Source: Gnetum montanum
Taxonomy: Eukaryota > Plantae > Gnetophyta
DNA length: 64,000 nucleotides
Reading direction: 5' to 3'
NCBI GenBank assembly: GCA_015680685.1
Contig: MNCI01002788.1
Span: forward strand, 8,413 to 72,412
A program made the translations under genes and the position numbers. Below are positions 59,991 through 64,000 of this stretch, one piece after another. The notes beneath the pieces are model-generated. The model did no database searches, had not been told where the DNA came from, and saw only the letters and a program-made list of their open reading frames with translations. The stretch's first letter is position 1. Every line of letters begins with the position of its first letter.

Positions 59991-62900
59991 ATGCCTTCTT
60001 CTCACAAGCATGATGAATCAAAATTGTTAGTGCCCCAAGAATTCAAAGTGATGTACACTCATCCAGATGAGTTTGTACCCAATTTCACCTTCATCCTGCA
60101 TCAGGATGAACAAGTATGATGGAGAAACACATGGAGGGCAACATTGTGTTGCTACCTGACCAATTTGTTCCTGATATGCTACTCCAAACTCTTAAGAGGT
60201 CAGGCATCCAGGATCTTCATGAAGAGGATGTTGTGCAAGACCATGACTATTGGGACTATCGTCCCACTAAAACACAATGCAAAAGAGATCAGCACTAGGA
60301 GAATCGCTATGAAGCTACGAAGGAGAAATGATTTACTAACCCCTTGTTCCTATTGAACTAAAAAGACAATGAGGATCCTCTCTCTAAGGGTTCTCAACAT
60401 AAATATTCTTCACCCCTTGACTCTAGTGAAGGGGGCTTGAACCTAAACTTACATTTCACTATTAACAATCTTGGTTCAGGCAAAAGTGGGAGTCAAGGCA
60501 AGGGCTCGAGCAAGCATCATGATGATGATAAACCTAATGATCATGGTTGTGAGAAAGGAGGTGGTAGACACCATGGTGGTGGTGGTCCTCCTCCCTCTTC
60601 ACCCTCTTCATCTGCATCTTCTTCCTCCTCCTTTGAATTTGATCAAAATTGCATAGGATGAAATCATGATGGAGGTGAACAGTAGGATAATAATGATTGT
60701 AAGCCCCACCATGAATGAAGGGGTAGTAGAGGACATCATAAGCATCATCAAAATCATGATGATGATGAGCCTTTGCTTGCAACTCGAAGCATGCTAAACA
60801 TTGCAAAGGTCATGAGAATTCCAACTAGGCATGTGGAAGACAATAGAATTAAGAGGTTGGATATAAACAATATTCCTAGATTTAAGGGGGGATATAACTT
60901 AGATCCACAGATAGACCCATCTACATGCCTTTCATGAGGCTTGTGCCTTGCAGAACATCAAAAATGACTGGCAAAAACTTAAGCTATCTCCTAAGACACT
61001 CACAAAAGAAGTAAAAAAGTTGGTACTACCCTTTAGAGCTGGAATCAATTCATAGATGGAGTACGATGATTGAGTCATTTAATGACAAATATCAAACGTA
61101 CTCCAAAGTATCCAATTTGAGAAAGCAAATCCAAGGCTAGCGATGAGGAACACATGAACCCTTGGACGCAGCCATGGATAGTTATTATTTCCTTTTACAT
61201 AGATGTCCTGGCCATGGTTATTCTTAGCAAGAGTAGCTTCACCATATCATAGATGGGCTCTGATTAGAAACGAGAAGAATTCTTAGCGTATATGCCCAAG
61301 GGAGATTGTTAGAACTATGAGCCCATCAAATCTAAAGGCTCATTGAGCAAGTTGCAAAAGAAGTAGGAGAATTAAGGAAATGAGAAAGTGATGAGGAGTA
61401 TAACTGGAATTCTTCCATCAAAAAAAGAGAGGTTCAATTCTATCACAGTGAGGGGGAGGCACCATTTGATAAAGTGATGCAACAAAAAATTTTGTCAATT
61501 CAAAAATTTGTTCCCAAAATTTTAGCCGAGGTGGACATAATGTGGGAATCTTTGGATAAAAATTTCCAAAATACTCTAAAAAGTATAAAGGAATCCAAAG
61601 AGCAAGGTAGTAATCATGATCATAGGAGAAGAAAGGAAGTTGAACATGCCTACCAAAGGGTAAGGGAAAAGCTGTTGTAGTAGAAGAGGTTGTGGAGTCA
61701 AAATCAAATGATGATGATGGATGTGACATCTACCAATATGGAAATCCTAAGGATTTTTGCCATATTATGTCATACTTACAAGAGTTTGGAGTATACGCTC
61801 TGAATCCTAGGCTTGCAAGAAGGTAAGTACCTAAAATATTATCTTATGCTCAAGGCAATCCCAGGTAGTTCCACTAACAACAAGCTTATTATCCAAGTGG
61901 AGCTCCACCACAACTATATGAGCAATACCAGTAGTGGCAACATCCACAATTGTGGGGGATGCCACCACCAAGGTAGCAGTACCCTTACAAGTAGCTAGAT
62001 CCATATGGGTACTATGTTTAGCAATCCATGTCTCTATGTGACCCTTCTAGGCATGATTCTTTTTAGCATCACTACTACCCTTTGAAGTACTACAAAGCTC
62101 ATTCTCCATCTCCCAAAGGAAAACCCCCATTTCATCAATATGCTCCTCATCCATCTACACATGTCCCTCCATCCTCAACCTAATTACTACCTGTTCCATC
62201 AATGCAGGGTGATATTCCCGTGCAGCCATAGCAACATAACACTGCTAGGGCTATTAACTTACAATCAACTCCTCAATTGAGTGATTTGGAAACTAGATCC
62301 CATAAAAGATCATTCTTTTAAACTAATAGCTCTATAAAGCCATCACCAACTCATGCAATTGGTTGCCTTGTGTCTCCTTCATCCTCTACATCTATTCCTT
62401 TCAAGAACCCTTTAAACCAAACACCTCCTAAGATCCACACAGTCATGTTAACTCACATTGTATCTAATTAGATCAAGGCTGGAAACCTTGTTAAGGAAAA
62501 AAGCTGATCATGGAAGTCCCCTCATCTACTTGAAAATTGCTAGAAATGAGCCATGCAAGGCTCTTCTTAATTCATCTTCTAGTGTTAATTTGATTTTTCA
62601 TGAAATGTACAAAGCTTAGAACTTGCCTCCTCTCAAGAAGAGCAACATTCATTTAGAATTGGCTAATCAATCTATCATTGTCCCCTTGGGACTAATGAAG
62701 GATATTGTAACCATTGTCTATGGGTGGTCCTATCCTAATGATTTCCTGGTGATCAAGGTTGACAACTGTAAGGGAAACTTCCCAATCATTATGGGAAGGG
62801 CTTGGTTAAGCACTGTTAATGTGTGAATGGGCATAAGAGATCTTTCCCTAAACATTTCCAAGAAAAATGCTTTTAGAAAGATTGAGAAGAAGAGAGTTGT

Positions 62901-64000
62901 ATGCATGGTGTATAGTGATGCAGGGTACAACTATGTGTAGAAATTATGGTCTATCAAAAGCATATCAATCAAAGCATGCAAATGATATGTAAATGAATCT
63001 GAAATCCAAAAGCAACTATACACAACAACCACAAAAAAGGTGGGTACCCAGTGGCTGACAACTAATCCTGAAAGTAGCACACTTTGCATGGAACCAACTT
63101 AGAGCTTAACTTATGCCAATGTTGAAGGCATGGATGAACTAGAGTAAGTTTATCACCAACTCTCTAATGATGAACCTTATGATACTTATTGGGAAGAGTT
63201 GGGAATCCTTGAAAATTTTAAACAAGAGCCATAGAGTTGAAACCTCTACCTTCCAGCATGGAGTATGCATTTCTAAAAAATGGTAATCTAGTAATAATCA
63301 ATGTCAACTTGCTCCTAAGTAGAAAAGGATGCTGTTAAATGTTGTTAACAAATGGCTAATAGTCTTTGCTTGGTCATATCCTAAACTCACAGGGATTGAT
63401 CCTAGGATATGCTCGCATTGCATCTATACAAATTTGTCAATAAATCCAAAGAGGTAACCAACCCCAAATTGAAGTAGATCATCCAAGAAGAAATTGAAAA
63501 ACTCCTCAAGGCAAGGTTCATCTATCCAATTTCAGATAGTAAGTGGGTTAGCTCACTCGTAATCGTGTCAAAGAAAGGTTGCAAGTGGTAAGTCTATATT
63601 GATTTCAAGCTATTAAGCATGACAACCTACAAAGATCATTTCCCATTGTCATTTTTGGACCAAGTGTTGGACATTATTTTTGGACATTACTATTATAGCT
63701 TTTTGGATGGTTATAGTGGCTATAACCAAATTCAGATCATGTTGAAGGATCAGGCCAAAATAACATTCATGAGTCCTTAGGGAACTTTTGCATATAAAAA
63801 AGATGCCTTTTGGTCTATGCAATGCCCCTACAACATTCCAACGTCTTGTCCTAAGTATTTTTTAGTAGCAGATTGGTAGCAGGTTGGAAGTCTTCATGGA
63901 TGAATTATTCACCCATGCTGCTACATTTGAGTAAGCCCTAGACCACATTGAGCAAGTGCTTAAAAGGCATGTGGAGACCAATCTCCAACTCAATTGGCAA
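59991..64000 (+). pseudogene. Decayed gag-PR-RT(partial) of element D
   Basis: ATG 59991; colinear with C gag; ALLNSSSSVNL (~62560); FLDGYSGYNQI (~63700); VFMDE (~63895). Confidence 0.9.

Larger units (their letters stand above)
44234..64000 (+). mobile_element. Athila-like element D (5' LTR split by element C; runs off the window within RT)
   Basis: LTR halves ~44234-44986 and 59712-59830 rejoin into a sequence colinear with the B LTR. PBS TTGGCACTATTGCTGGGGA at 59831-59849 (decayed tRNA-Asp type TGGCGCCGTTGCCGGGGA). Gag-PR-RT follow. Confidence 0.85.

Overview
Eukaryotic (land-plant) genomic DNA, AT-rich and dominated by transposons. One intact host gene is present: a 14-coding-exon uridine kinase / UPRT-like (UKL/UCK family) gene on the minus strand. 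Its CDS spans 39519 down to 15796 and splices by hand to 1383 nt / 460 aa, with one GC-AG intron. Both flanks are nested LTR-retrotransposon stacks. On the left, Athila-like element A sits in Athila-like element B, which sits in a copia fragment followed by a PIF/Harbinger relic. On the right, copia element E sits in Athila-like element C, which sits in the 5' LTR of Athila-like element D. The gene's introns carry tRNA-derived SINEs, a hAT relic and two tail-to-tail L1 LINEs. The most unusual signal is in those two diverged LINEs: both carry a homologous ~350-450 codon coding extension directly after the ORF2 zinc finger and before the poly(A) tail. It is either an ORF3 or a fused ORF2 C-terminal domain. 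It does not resemble RNase H and shares motif spacing with the accessory (env-position) ORF of the neighbouring Athila element. All TE reading frames are decayed. Coordinates and alignments were made by eye, without database searches.
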